Shown: positions 8,812-19,575 of the stretch, in pieces | How positions within the stretch are numbered: the first letter of the stretch is position 1 | Layout: each line of letters starts with the position of its first letter | Assembly: GCA_016793635.1 (NCBI GenBank) | Contig: JAEUMD010000015.1 | Span: forward strand, 37,829-101,828 | Length of the DNA: 64,000 bases | Reading direction: 5' to 3' | From: Hyphomicrobiaceae bacterium | GTDB taxonomy: Bacteria; Pseudomonadota; Alphaproteobacteria; Rhizobiales; Hyphomicrobiaceae | Translations under genes and position numbers: made by a program | The notes under the pieces: model-generated | What the model was told of the DNA's origin: nothing | Seen by the model: the letters and a program-made list of their open reading frames with translations, nothing else | Databases searched by the model: none

Positions 8812-10341
8812 ATGACGTCGAGCACGCTGAGGTCCAACAGACCCAACTCCGCGCCGCGCCGCTCGCGCGCCATTGTCGCCGTGGTTGGCTCGCTGGCTTT
8901 GAGCGCTGGCCTCATGCACGCCGCACCATCGGCCTCGGCACAACAACAGCAGTCCGCCCCCGCCGATCCGCCCCCAACGGCACACATTCCGGCGGCAGAG
9001 GCCCCCGCCGCGACGGCGCAGCAGAACGGCACGCCGCCGACCTCGAACGCACCCGACTTGTCATCTCCCCGTGAAGCGGCGGTCGCACCGGACACAACAC
9101 CCGCTCCTATCGTGGCGGCACCGGTTTCGCAGCAGGAGGCAGCACCCGCGGATAGGGAAACTCCGTCGTCCCGCCCGGCTGAAGCCAACGTCACAAGATC
9201 ACAAACGCCGCCGGAAGCACCGCATCCAGAACCTGCAAAACAGACAGACGCAGTCGCCGTGCCGGCGACGCCTGCACCCGTGGCGCCGGCCGCCGCCTCT
9301 CCGGCGCCCGCTACCCCCGTGGCAGCAACACCTCCCGCCGCACCAGCGAAGCCCCGGCTGAGGATCGCAGCCGGGTCCGGCGCCTATGCCGATGCCTACG
9401 AGAAACTGGTGCTCGCACCGTTCGCGGCCGCGACGTCGGTCGAAGTGATCGCCACGGCCGGCACCGGAAACCTCGACGTCGTTGCACTCGACGCGGCGGA
9501 CCTCGAGGCGAAGTGTGCCAGCGGCGAACTACGCGAACTGCCGGCAGACCTTGCAGCAAGCGATGCGGTGGCCGACGTGCCGAGCCGCTGTGGCATCGCG
9601 ACGTTCGCCTGGGCCTCGGTGTTCATTTTCGACCCGGAACGTTATGCCAAGCGCGCCCCACGCACGCTGAAGGACGTCTTCAACATTCGTGGCTACCCGG
9701 GCAAGCGCGCCCTGCCGCGCAATGGCCGCGGGCTGCTGGAAGCTGCGCTCGTTGCGGACGGCGTCGCCGCCTCCGAGATCTACGCTCGCCTCGCAACTCC
9801 CGAGGGTCGCCAGCAGGCGCTCGCCGCCGTCGCCCGTCTCGGCTCCGACATCGAGTGGTTCGACAAGGCCGACGACGCGCTCGAACTGCTGCGCGCCGGC
9901 AAAGCAACGATCGCGCTCACGTCCAACAGCCGCGCATTTTTCGACTCGGTGCGGCGCGGCCCACTGGAAATCATCTGGGACGGACAGGTTTACGACGTCG
10001 AGTATCTCGCCATCCCGAAGTCGACCGCCAATGCCGAAGCGGCAGAAAGCTTCCTGGCATTCGCCACCGCGCCTGAACGCCTTGCGGCCATCGCACGGCA
10101 GATCCCCTACGGGCCAATGCGCCAACAGGCCGTCGCGAGCGTGCGCTCTCACGCCATCACCGGCAACGATCTTCAGCCGTTCTTACCGACCACCGCAGCC
10201 AATCTTGCGTCCGCCGTGCGCTTCGATCCCGCATGGTGGCGTGACAACGCGGCGAGCGTGGCGAGCATGGTCGCGGAGGCCTCCCGCCCGGATTCTTCTG
10301 GAACGGCGCCGCCGCTGCCGACACGTCAGACACAGCGGTGA
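8812..10341 (+). CDS. Extracellular solute-binding protein (ABC type, Fe3+/polyamine-like family) with a roughly 140-aa Pro/Ala-rich spacer after the signal peptide
   Basis: ORF 8761..10341. ATG 8812 (MTSSTLRSNRPNSAPRRSRAIVAVVGSLALSAGLMHAAPSASA) has GGAG about 10 nt upstream and looks like a signal peptide. The C-terminal 330 aa resemble type-1 periplasmic binding proteins (RIAAGSGAYADAYEKLVLAPF..., GYPGKRALP...). Confidence 0.65.
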   Translation: MTSSTLRSNRPNSAPRRSRAIVAVVGSLALSAGLMHAAPSASAQQQQSAPADPPPTAHIPAAEAPAATAQQNGTPPTSNAPDLSSPREAAVAPDTTPAPIVAAPVSQQEAAPADRETPSSRPAEANVTRSQTPPEAPHPEPAKQTDAVAVPATPAPVAPAAASPAPATPVAATPPAAPAKPRLRIAAGSGAYADAYEKLVLAPFAAATSVEVIATAGTGNLDVVALDAADLEAKCASGELRELPADLAASDAVADVPSRCGIATFAWASVFIFDPERYAKRAPRTLKDVFNIRGYPGKRALPRNGRGLLEAALVADGVAASEIYARLATPEGRQQALAAVARLGSDIEWFDKADDALELLRAGKATIALTSNSRAFFDSVRRGPLEIIWDGQVYDVEYLAIPKSTANAEAAESFLAFATAPERLAAIARQIPYGPMRQQAVASVRSHAITGNDLQPFLPTTAANLASAVRFDPAWWRDNAASVASMVAEASRPDSSGTAPPLPTRQTQR

Positions 10342-10388
10342 CGTGACGGCATTTGCCAACGAGGGCTATCGATCTTACGGACCCACTC

Positions 10389-11396
10389 TCACCAGCTCCG
10401 GCGCGGACCGTTGTCAATGTGGAAGTAGCCCATCGGATAGCGTTTGAGTCCGCCGACCTCGGGCCGGCCCTCGAGATAGGCGAGGAGGCGCGTCTGGCTG
10501 TTGGCGGCGACGCGGAAATCTATCGCCTGGCAGCTCAGGTGGAACGACTGCTCAGCCCCACCGACGCGGCGGTTGCGCTCGGGGTCGCGGAACGTCGAGA
10601 GGATCTGGACTTCGCCAAAGCGCTCGGCGACATCGTAGATCACGTCGAGCAGATCAACCGGCAGACAGCGCTCCGGTGTGTGCGCTTGGAAATGAACCTT
10701 CTCGACGCGAGGCGAGCCGCGTCCGAGGATACGCGGACGGAGCTTCGCAGCGGCCGTTCCCCGCTCCTCCTTCTGCACCTTCCGTTCGCCAGGCCTGACG
10801 ACGAGGACCGATTGCTCCGGCCGCTCCGCATCCGCCGAGGCACGATCCGTCTGTCCCAGTGCTGCCGCCGCCGAGGGAAGTGAGCCGATCGAAGCGAGCC
10901 GCAGCAGGGGCTTCTTGCCGATATCGGGGCCGAAGGTGTCCGAGCGAAGCCCGATCTCAGCCTCCGCCGTTGCATGCACATCGGCCGTTTCGGCAGCGGC
11001 ACTTTCCGCCGGCCGGTTGACCAGCGCGGCGAGCGCATTCGGCTTGATGTGGGAGGCGAGTAGCGCAAGGCGTTGCAGACCGGTGATGCGGGGTATGCGC
11101 TCAGACTCTGCCGGCACTGGCGCAGCGGGCGCAACGGCGGCCCTGGCCTCGCCGACGCTCTGGCCGACGACATGACCGTGGGCGATGACGATCGACTGCA
11201 AGGCGAAGCTCGCCGCAAGAAGCAGACTGATGCCGATGATCGCGGAGCGCTCGAACGAAACGATGCTGGCAAGCGCGCTCTTCGGCGCGTGCTCTGCGTC
11301 GGAACTGGTTCTCTCTGTGCTGGGGCGCTCGTAAGGCACGTCTGCCGACCCTCTGTCAGCCGATGGATTGGACGCAGCACTACGATCGAGGGTCAT
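10389..11396 (-). CDS. DUF882 / YcbK(MepK)-like peptidase M15 family protein
   Basis: The C-terminal roughly 110 aa (FRDPERNRRVGGAEQSFHLSCQAIDFRV...GGLKRYPMGYFHIDNGPRRSW) match the DUF882 metallopeptidase fold. The N-terminus has a TM segment and a low-complexity linker. Start uncertain. Confidence 0.7.
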   Translation of the reverse strand: MTLDRSAASNPSADRGSADVPYERPSTERTSSDAEHAPKSALASIVSFERSAIIGISLLLAASFALQSIVIAHGHVVGQSVGEARAAVAPAAPVPAESERIPRITGLQRLALLASHIKPNALAALVNRPAESAAAETADVHATAEAEIGLRSDTFGPDIGKKPLLRLASIGSLPSAAAALGQTDRASADAERPEQSVLVVRPGERKVQKEERGTAAAKLRPRILGRGSPRVEKVHFQAHTPERCLPVDLLDVIYDVAERFGEVQILSTFRDPERNRRVGGAEQSFHLSCQAIDFRVAANSQTRLLAYLEGRPEVGGLKRYPMGYFHIDNGPRRSW

Positions 11397-11469
11397 TCTC
11401 CGCGCGCGAAGTTAAGCCGCCGTTAAGCGCGGTTCCTTTTTGCCACACTGAACAGGATTTTATTCGCGA

Positions 11470-13014
11470 TCAGCGAACAACCCGTGTGATGGATTCGCCT
11501 ATGTTCCGCTCGGCCCGTGCAAGGTCGGCGCTGGCGAGTCCCACGCCAGCTTTGGTCCGCCGCCACAGGACGTCGTTGGCGCTTGCTACCCATTCTTCGC
11601 GCACCAGATAGTCGAGCTCGCGCTCGGTTATGCCACCGCCGAGATCCGCGCCGAGATCCGACAGGGATTGCGCGTCGCCGAGCAGGTCCATGACGCGGCT
11701 GCCGTAACGTCTCAGCAGCACGTGGAGCGGCTCGCGAGCGATGCCCCGACGTTCCGCCTCGGCCCGGCGCGCGAACGCTCGGAAATCAGCATTCTCGATG
11801 TCTCCGCCCGGCAGAACCGCCCCTCGCGTCCATGCCGGTCCGATGGCACGGGTGAAATGCGGTGCGATCCGCTCGAGAACCGCCTCGGCGAGCCGCCGGT
11901 AAGTCGTCAGCTTGCCGCCGACAACTGTCAGCAGCGCCGGTCCCCCTTCAAGCGCTTCGAGCTCGAGACGGTAATCACGCGTGACTGCGGAGAGATTGGA
12001 GCTGCGGTCGTCGTAGAGCGGGCGGACACCGGCGAAGCGCCAAACGATGTCGGTACGGCTCAGCGGCGCGGCCAGAAAGCGGTTGGCGACGGCGAGCAGA
12101 TAGTCTTCCTCCTCCGCGCTCGGCGAGACCGATACGGGATCGCCCTCGAACGGCACGTCCGTCGTGCCGATCAGCGTGAAGCGTCGTGCGAACGGCAGCA
12201 GAAAGACGACGCGCCCATCGGGGGACTGCAAGAGGTAAGCGTCGTCCGCCCCCGCGATGCGCGGCACGACGATGTGGCTACCTTTGACGAGGCGCACCGG
12301 AATAGCGGCTGGCGGAAAGCCTGGCCGGCGGATCGCATCGGCGGCGACGAGGCCTGCCCATGGACCGGCGGCGTTCACCAGCACGTCGGCGGCCACTTCG
12401 CGCGTTGGGCCGCCGCCCCGGTCTTCGAGCACCAGCCGCCATGCCCGCCCCTCGGCGCGTGCGGCCGCGAGTGCCGTGCGTGTCGCCACCACGGCGCCGC
12501 GCTCGGCCGCAGCCTTGGCGACGGTCACGACGAGCCGCGCGTCATCGGCCCAACAGTCGGCGTAATGGAAACCGTGCCGTAACGTGGGATTGAGCGGCCG
12601 GCCGGCCGGATCGCGGTTGAGGTCGAGCACTCCGGAGGCCGGCATGCGATGGCGCGTTGCCAGGTGGTCGTAGAGAAACAAGCCGGCGCGCATGAGTAAG
12701 CGCGAGCGCATGCCGGGCACGTGCGGGACGATGAAACGCATCGGCCACACGATGTGCGGAGCATTCGCAAGCAGAACTTCGCGCTCTTCGAGGGATTCTC
12801 GGACGAGGCGGAACTCGTAGTGCTCGAGATAACGAAGCCCGCCGTGGATCAGCTTGGAGCTGGCCGACGACGTCCCCTGAGCGAGATCGCCCTGCTCGAC
12901 CAGCAACACGTCGAGCCCGCGGCCGGCGGCGTCAGCGGCGATTCCGCAGCCGTTGATGCCACCGCCGATAACGGCGAGGTCGAAGCGGCGGGCGTTGCGA
13001 AGCGGGCTGGCCAT
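11470..13014 (-). CDS. glpD: Glycerol-3-phosphate dehydrogenase, FAD-dependent
   Basis: 514-aa ORF. N-terminal FAD fold DLAVIGGGINGCGIAADAAGRG and the GTSSASSKLIHGGLRYLEHYEFRLVRE motif are typical of GlpD. Confidence 0.9.
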   Translation of the reverse strand: MASPLRNARRFDLAVIGGGINGCGIAADAAGRGLDVLLVEQGDLAQGTSSASSKLIHGGLRYLEHYEFRLVRESLEEREVLLANAPHIVWPMRFIVPHVPGMRSRLLMRAGLFLYDHLATRHRMPASGVLDLNRDPAGRPLNPTLRHGFHYADCWADDARLVVTVAKAAAERGAVVATRTALAAARAEGRAWRLVLEDRGGGPTREVAADVLVNAAGPWAGLVAADAIRRPGFPPAAIPVRLVKGSHIVVPRIAGADDAYLLQSPDGRVVFLLPFARRFTLIGTTDVPFEGDPVSVSPSAEEEDYLLAVANRFLAAPLSRTDIVWRFAGVRPLYDDRSSNLSAVTRDYRLELEALEGGPALLTVVGGKLTTYRRLAEAVLERIAPHFTRAIGPAWTRGAVLPGGDIENADFRAFARRAEAERRGIAREPLHVLLRRYGSRVMDLLGDAQSLSDLGADLGGGITERELDYLVREEWVASANDVLWRRTKAGVGLASADLARAERNIGESITRVVR

Positions 13015-13110
13015 GGGTGCAGATCATAGCGCACCGCCGGTTAAGGCATCACGCCCGATGTGTAGCCTTCGGTGCCCACCCTAGGCAGATACCCGCGACT
13101 ATGCCCGGCC

Positions 13111-14928
13111 TCACTTGCGCCGCCAGTGCCACCTGCGGATGTGGTGGTAATGCTCGGCATGGCCGCCGCGCATGCGGGCGAGCAGCTCGCGCTGCGCCAG
13201 CGTGGAACGCGGCGTCACGGCCGAGGCCAGAACCAGCACGAGGAGCCCGACAGCCGCTCCCATTGCTCCCGCCATCGCGGGCTTGATGCCCCACCAGTTG
13301 GCCACCCTCCGCGCCTCGGCATGCAGCGTCGCCAAGGCCGCCGCCCGCTCCTCGTCCGCCGCCGCGGCGAACGCATCGCGCGCCGTCTCGTAGTCGGCGA
13401 TGGCGCCGAAGCCGGCGTTGGAGAGCGCACTCCATGTCTCGTAGAACTGGGGCGCGAAATAGCGCGTCGCGACGATGTAGTAGGCCGCCAGCGAAACGCC
13501 CGCGACGATGGCGAGGAATGCGCCAGCCGGCGTGGCGCGTGACCACCAGATGGCCGCCAGCACAGAGGGCGCCAGTCCGGCCGCGGCGAGTGACAGGCCC
13601 CAGGCGAGGAGCTCGGTGAGGTCGGCAGGCTCGGTGGACGCCCAGAACGCGGCGAGCGGCACGACGAACACCGCCAGCGCACGCGCGAGCATCGCCGCTG
13701 CCCCGCTACTAGGTGCGGCGTCGAGCGAAGCATCCTCCGGCTCGCTCCCGCGTCCTGCGAGTTCATGGCGCAAGGTCACCACCAGCCATGTCGCCGCGGC
13801 GAGCGCGGCCAGCGCGACGACGACGGCGATCGAAATAGTCACCGCTATCGGCAGTCCCGATAGGCCGGGCAGCGCGAACAGCGCAGCGGCCTGATCCACT
13901 TCTATCTCGTGCAGTCGCAGAACCGTCGGGGGATCGGCGAGCGCGGCGCACGCCGCGGTGACGGCATCGGCGGAGACGGCATTGGCGCCGCAAACCTTGA
14001 CGAGCCCGAGCCGGCCCAATTCGAGCAGCCAGGGATCGAGCGCGGCGGGATCACGCCCGACGAGGCCTGAGAGAATGCCGAGCCTGATGCTGGCGGCCGC
14101 GGGAGCCAGTGCCAGTGCCGCAAGCAAAACGAGCACAGCCGAGAGCGCGACCGTCAGGCGAGCGCGGTACCCTGTCGCCGCTAATGCCGGCCGCGAAAGA
14201 ACGCGCGGCAAGCTTGCCAGTCCAAGCGCGACCGACAGCGACAGCAGCAGTGCACCGATCGGCGTAATCGCGTTGAAGGGCGTCAGATAGGCTTTGAGCG
14301 AGACGGGATCGGCAAGCTCCTTCTCGAGCAGCCTGAGTTCCAGGTCCGAGATCGCCTGCAAGGTCGTGCCGAACGTCAGTTGGGGAATCGGGACGCCGCC
14401 CGCGCCGAGGGCGGGCAGCATCACCGGAAGTGCGAGGGCGGCAGCGATCAGCGGAAACAGCATGGCTTGAAGTCGCGTCATGCCACGCGAGCTTGCAGCG
14501 AGCCCTGCCAGCAGAACCGCGAGCGCGGCGAGCGCCAGAGCCTCGGGCCGGCCCAGCCCCGACACGACCGAAAGCGCAGTGCCGAGCGCGCCGATCTCGG
14601 CCGCCAGCAGCACGCCAGAAACAGCCATGAGCACGAGCGCTGCGGCGATCCGTGCGGAAAGCCCGAAGCGCTCTGCAATAAGGTGGAGCGGACCGCGAAG
14701 ACCGCAGCGTTGCAAGTGCGGCACGACGAGCGCACCGCCAAGCAGCAGCCCGCCCGAAAGCCCGGCGATCAACGCCAAGCCATCCTGGCCGAGCGCAGCG
14801 AGTACACCGGTGAAGCCGAGCAGTACGGCACCTGAAAGCAGATCTGAGCCGGTGGCGAGCGCGCCGGTCAGCGGCGAAAAACCCGGTCCCAAGCGCCCGC
14901 GCGATCTCGCGCCGTTCTGGCTTTCCAT
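13111..14928 (-). CDS. Sodium:solute symporter family protein (ActP/VC_2705-like)
   Basis: Real gene is taken as the 605 aa starting at ATG 14928 (MESQNGARS...), with GGAG about 8 nt upstream. The protein is polytopic and highly hydrophobic. A DUF4212 small-subunit gene lies 20 nt upstream, the usual arrangement for this SSS subgroup. The 814-aa track ORF is upstream read-through. Confidence 0.75.
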   Translation of the reverse strand: MESQNGARSRGRLGPGFSPLTGALATGSDLLSGAVLLGFTGVLAALGQDGLALIAGLSGGLLLGGALVVPHLQRCGLRGPLHLIAERFGLSARIAAALVLMAVSGVLLAAEIGALGTALSVVSGLGRPEALALAALAVLLAGLAASSRGMTRLQAMLFPLIAAALALPVMLPALGAGGVPIPQLTFGTTLQAISDLELRLLEKELADPVSLKAYLTPFNAITPIGALLLSLSVALGLASLPRVLSRPALAATGYRARLTVALSAVLVLLAALALAPAAASIRLGILSGLVGRDPAALDPWLLELGRLGLVKVCGANAVSADAVTAACAALADPPTVLRLHEIEVDQAAALFALPGLSGLPIAVTISIAVVVALAALAAATWLVVTLRHELAGRGSEPEDASLDAAPSSGAAAMLARALAVFVVPLAAFWASTEPADLTELLAWGLSLAAAGLAPSVLAAIWWSRATPAGAFLAIVAGVSLAAYYIVATRYFAPQFYETWSALSNAGFGAIADYETARDAFAAAADEERAAALATLHAEARRVANWWGIKPAMAGAMGAAVGLLVLVLASAVTPRSTLAQRELLARMRGGHAEHYHHIRRWHWRRK

Positions 14929-14948
14929 TGTCCCGTCTCCGATGCCGA

Positions 14949-15233
14949 TCAGCCGTCGAGCCCGTGGTCGGCGTCGATCCGGCCCTGGCGGCGCACGAGC
15001 AGGAGGAGCAGGAGCGCTGTGAAGATGAGCACGCCCTGCTCGCCGAGATAGAAGCCGAACGGAATGCCGAGTATTGCCAGCACCTCGAGTTGCTGGGCCA
15101 CGAGCGGCAGCAGGAGTGCGACGACCGCCCAGAGCGCGGCTGCGAGCCAAGCCGCGCGGCGCGTGCGGCGCCAATAGCTCGGGCCGGGAGGCACGTTGCT
15201 CGCAGGAGCCGCCGCAGACTTCGTGTCCTTCAT
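14949..15233 (-). CDS. DUF4212 small membrane protein (putative solute symporter accessory subunit)
   Basis: 94 aa from ATG 15233 (MKDTKSAAAP...YWRRTRRAAWLAAALWAVVALLLP...ILGIPFGFYLGEQGVLIFTALLLLLLV). Two TM helices. It sits directly upstream of the SSS gene. Confidence 0.7.
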   Translation of the reverse strand: MKDTKSAAAPASNVPPGPSYWRRTRRAAWLAAALWAVVALLLPLVAQQLEVLAILGIPFGFYLGEQGVLIFTALLLLLLVRRQGRIDADHGLDG

Positions 15234-15310
15234 CCGATGCCTCCGAGGCCGGGCTTTCGATGACCGGGGCTGGCCCGGCAGCGGCAACTTCCCGTCCAAG
15301 CCGCGCACCA

Positions 15311-16228
15311 TTAGAGCGCGTCGCACACCTCGTGCAACATGCGCCGAAGCCACACGTGCCCCTCGTCGTCGTCGAAGCTCTCGTGCCACACCATGTAGAC
15401 CGGCAACCTGAAGATGCCGTCGGGTACGTCGTGCATCTCGACCGCGAACCAGCGCGAGCATTGGCGCGCGATCCGCCGGGGCAGCACGCCGACGATGTTG
15501 CTCGTTTCGACCACCGCAGGAATGGTGGTGAAGCATGGCACCTGATAGGCGACACGGCGCGCCATGCCGAGTGTGCTCAGCCGTTCCGTGATCGGCGACG
15601 GGCTGCTGTCCGAGTTCCACGCCAACCCGACGTGGCACAGAGTCTGGAAGAGTTCGCGCGTAACGCCCGCATGCAGTTGCGGGTGCCCGCGTCGCGATAT
15701 CAACACCAGCGGATCGTTGATGACCTCAGTTGCGCGAAAACCCGGCGTCTCTGGTACCTCGTAGTCGAAGGCGAGCGACGTCTCGCCGATCCGCAGTTCC
15801 GCCAGGGCCGCCTTGGCGCGATGGCTTGCAATGCGGAATTTGATGCGCGATTTGTCACCGAAACGACGGGCAAGCGCCGGCGTCACGATCGCGTCGAATC
15901 CGAACGGAAGCCCGATGACGAACGTACGCTCGTCGCGTTCGGGCGCGAACGCTCCAGGCGCTCGCACCGAGGCGCGCAGCATGTCGAGGGCTTCACGCAC
16001 CTTCTCGTACATAGCCTGTGCGGCCGGTGTCGGCCGCATGCCGCGCCCCGTCCGCTCGAACAGTGGGTCGCCGCCTGTCGCGTCGCGAAGTCGAGAAAGC
16101 GCGTGTGAAACGGCGGATTGCGTCATGCCAAGGCGCTTGCCGGCCTTGGTGAGGCTGCCCTCGCACATGATGGCATCGAAGATGGCCAGCAGATTGAGAT
16201 CCAGCCGGCCGCCCGATTCATCCGCCAT
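15311..16228 (-). CDS. LysR-family transcriptional regulator
   Basis: 305 aa. N-terminal wHTH LNLLAIFDAIMCEGSLTKAGKRLGMTQSAVSHALSRLR followed by a LysR-length substrate-binding domain. Confidence 0.9.
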   Translation of the reverse strand: MADESGGRLDLNLLAIFDAIMCEGSLTKAGKRLGMTQSAVSHALSRLRDATGGDPLFERTGRGMRPTPAAQAMYEKVREALDMLRASVRAPGAFAPERDERTFVIGLPFGFDAIVTPALARRFGDKSRIKFRIASHRAKAALAELRIGETSLAFDYEVPETPGFRATEVINDPLVLISRRGHPQLHAGVTRELFQTLCHVGLAWNSDSSPSPITERLSTLGMARRVAYQVPCFTTIPAVVETSNIVGVLPRRIARQCSRWFAVEMHDVPDGIFRLPVYMVWHESFDDDEGHVWLRRMLHEVCDAL

Positions 16229-16461
16229 TCCGATGCTTCCGTCCCTGGCTGAACCGATCGCCCACGGCCGGCTTTGAGGATCGCTGCAAGCCTAGTCTTA
16301 TTCCTGCAGGCATGCCTCGAACCCGATCCGATCAGACTAGTCTGCCCTCCATTCAGGCAGTTTGTCTATTCTGACGTACAAAGCTTATCTCGAAATGGCA
16401 AAAAATCACGCGGCTGAACCAGAACGCCGAATTGCCGAGGGACGGCTGAGCCGCGCATCCA

Positions 16462-17283
16462 TCAACGTCGCGCCGCCGCAAGTGCCGCCGCGGCTCCCGT
16501 CATGATGTAGCGAACATCGCTTTGCAGCGTGCAGAGGCGAAAGCCCTCGGCGAAACGCCGGCGCGCGGTTTCGGGACCATCGGTATGGACGGCAGGTATT
16601 CGGCCATGCCGGTTAGCCGACGCGCAGACCTTGGCGATCGCCGCGACGATCTCGGGATCGTCCGGCGTCATGCTCGGCGCAGCACCATAGGAGAGCGAAA
16701 GGTCACCCGGACCGACGTAGATTCCGTCCAGCCCCTCGACGCGCACGATCTCATCGACGTTCTCGACTCCGGCGCGGGTCTCGATCATGGCGAGCAGCAT
16801 CACCTCGCGGTCGGCGCTCTTCCAATAGTCCCGGCCGGCGTACTGCACCGCACGGTTCGGCCCCATGGAGCGGTATCCGAGCGGGGGATAGCGGCACGCA
16901 CCGACGAATGCGCGAGCCTCCTCTGCCGAGTTCACCATCGGGCAAATGACGCCATGAGCGCCGGCGTCGAGCAGCTTCATCAGCAACGCCGGATCGTTCC
17001 ACGGCACGCGGACCATCGGCATCACCGGCGCCGTCGAGATCGCTTGCAGCATGGTGAAGGCGGTGGCGTAGTCGATGGCGCCGTGTTGCAGATCGACCGT
17101 AACCGCGTCGAAGCCGAGCTCTGCGAGGACCTCTGCGACATAGCTCGAGCCGATCGAGCACCACGCGTTGAGAGCGGTCCCGCCCCCCTCCAGCCGTCTC
17201 TTGACCGAATTCTCGCGCGCCACGGTGCCCCCGCCATCACGCCGGAGCGACCCCGAAAAAGCGCAGGGGCGATGCACTGGCAT
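16462..17283 (-). CDS. HpcH/HpaI-family aldolase (2-keto-3-deoxy-acid aldolase type)
   Basis: C-terminal part of ORF 16462..18135: ...ALNAWCSIGSSYVAEVLAELGFDAVTVDLQHGAIDY...VRVPWNDPALLMKLLDAGAHGVICPMVNSAEEA...MIETRAGVENVDEIV...GLDGIYVGPGDLS. Start is either ATG 17283 or GTG 17223. The rest of the track ORF is antisense to glpK. Confidence 0.8.
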   Translation of the reverse strand: MPVHRPCAFSGSLRRDGGGTVARENSVKRRLEGGGTALNAWCSIGSSYVAEVLAELGFDAVTVDLQHGAIDYATAFTMLQAISTAPVMPMVRVPWNDPALLMKLLDAGAHGVICPMVNSAEEARAFVGACRYPPLGYRSMGPNRAVQYAGRDYWKSADREVMLLAMIETRAGVENVDEIVRVEGLDGIYVGPGDLSLSYGAAPSMTPDDPEIVAAIAKVCASANRHGRIPAVHTDGPETARRRFAEGFRLCTLQSDVRYIMTGAAAALAAARR

Positions 17284-17391
17284 CGCCCCTTGCTTGTCTC
17301 CCCAGACTCGGGACCGCTTTAGATTTTTTTTGCCGCTCCAGCCTGGCCCTGCACTGGAGTCGCACGGAAATTGGCCAACATGCGACACTCT

Positions 17392-17414
17392 GTCAAGCAA
17401 AGAGATTGCTTGAC
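17392..17414. promoter_or_regulatory. Perfect 9-bp-arm palindrome in the aldolase/glpK divergent region
   Basis: GTCAAGCAA-agaga-TTGCTTGAC read directly, 140 nt upstream of the glpK ATG. The right arm contains TTGACG, which could double as a -35 element. Confidence 0.4.
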
Positions 17415-17553
17415 GAATCCCATTACGGCACATTGCCAAACACGCGGTGCACGAAGCATTTTCCGGACGTTCCGCGCCTCGAGGACTGCTTCGGCGGCGG
17501 CCCGCCCCGTGTACAAGGGAGGGGTACCGCAAAACCAGCTTCGAGACCGCACC

Positions 17554-19056
<1,503 letters not shown>

Positions 19057-19347
19057 CCGCACCCCCACAGAGCGTCCGCACTGCGGCTGGCCGCAACCGC
19101 TGTCCGTCAGGCCGCTGCGGCAGCGGGTTGAACGAGGGCATCCTGACCAGTTGCCGGGCCGCGGACTGAGTACTGCGATAATCCATCGATTTCGCAAGCC
19201 GTCTGGAGATCGCAGCGACGGGTGCGCCCACTCCGCGCCGGCCCGGCCCGCGGCAACCATCCGACCCTTGGACGCGTTTATCGTCAGGTGTCGGCCGAAC
19301 GTCATGAATTCTTCATATCCTCTGGAAATTCCTTCGGCCGTCCCTTA

Positions 19348-19443
19348 TGTTAGTAACACTCGACAATGCTCGTAATGAGCACAACGAGTGGGCGCCGGAC
19401 CACCCGGCTTTTGTTAGGCCTAACATATGCTCAATCAGAGCAT
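19348..19443 (+). promoter_or_regulatory. Two composite palindrome pairs upstream of nadA (candidate NAD-regulon operator sites)
   Basis: TGTTAgTAACA (19348-19358) plus ATGCTC-gtaat-GAGCAc (19366-19382), then TGTTAGGCCTAACA (19412-19425) plus ATGCTC-aatca-GAGCAT (19427-19443). They lie 133-228 nt upstream of the nadA ATG. Confidence 0.45.
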
Positions 19444-19575
19444 TTTGGATTGCTGGAGCGGCAGACGCGACCCGCCGGACAACCGGACACGGTGCGTCGG
19501 CCAAGGCCACAGCGAAACGTTCCGGGCGCGCGGCGGGCAGCCGTTCGCGGGTTCGGGAAAGAAGGGTGGACAGAG

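Noticed and set aside
13111-15555. 814-aa ORF taken at face value, and likewise 29000..33388 (1462 aa), 16462..18135 (557 aa), 51143..52957 (604 aa), 25932..27143 and 34764..36386
   Set aside because: Their N-terminal parts run through neighbouring genes or intergenic DNA and look non-protein-like. Internal starts with Shine-Dalgarno sequences give proteins of normal family length.
16292-16343. CTAGTCT / AGACTAGTCT repeats and CCTGCAGG palindrome upstream of the LysR gene as a LysR T-N11-A box
   Set aside because: The elements are short and do not form a clear T-N11-A dyad at the expected position, so this is not strong enough to annotate.
19057-19330. Possible nadQ-like regulator gene or pseudogene between glpK and the nadA operator region
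   Set aside because: Only short Arg/Pro-rich ORFs without an RBS or HTH signature are present, and the region is too short for a NadQ-size protein.
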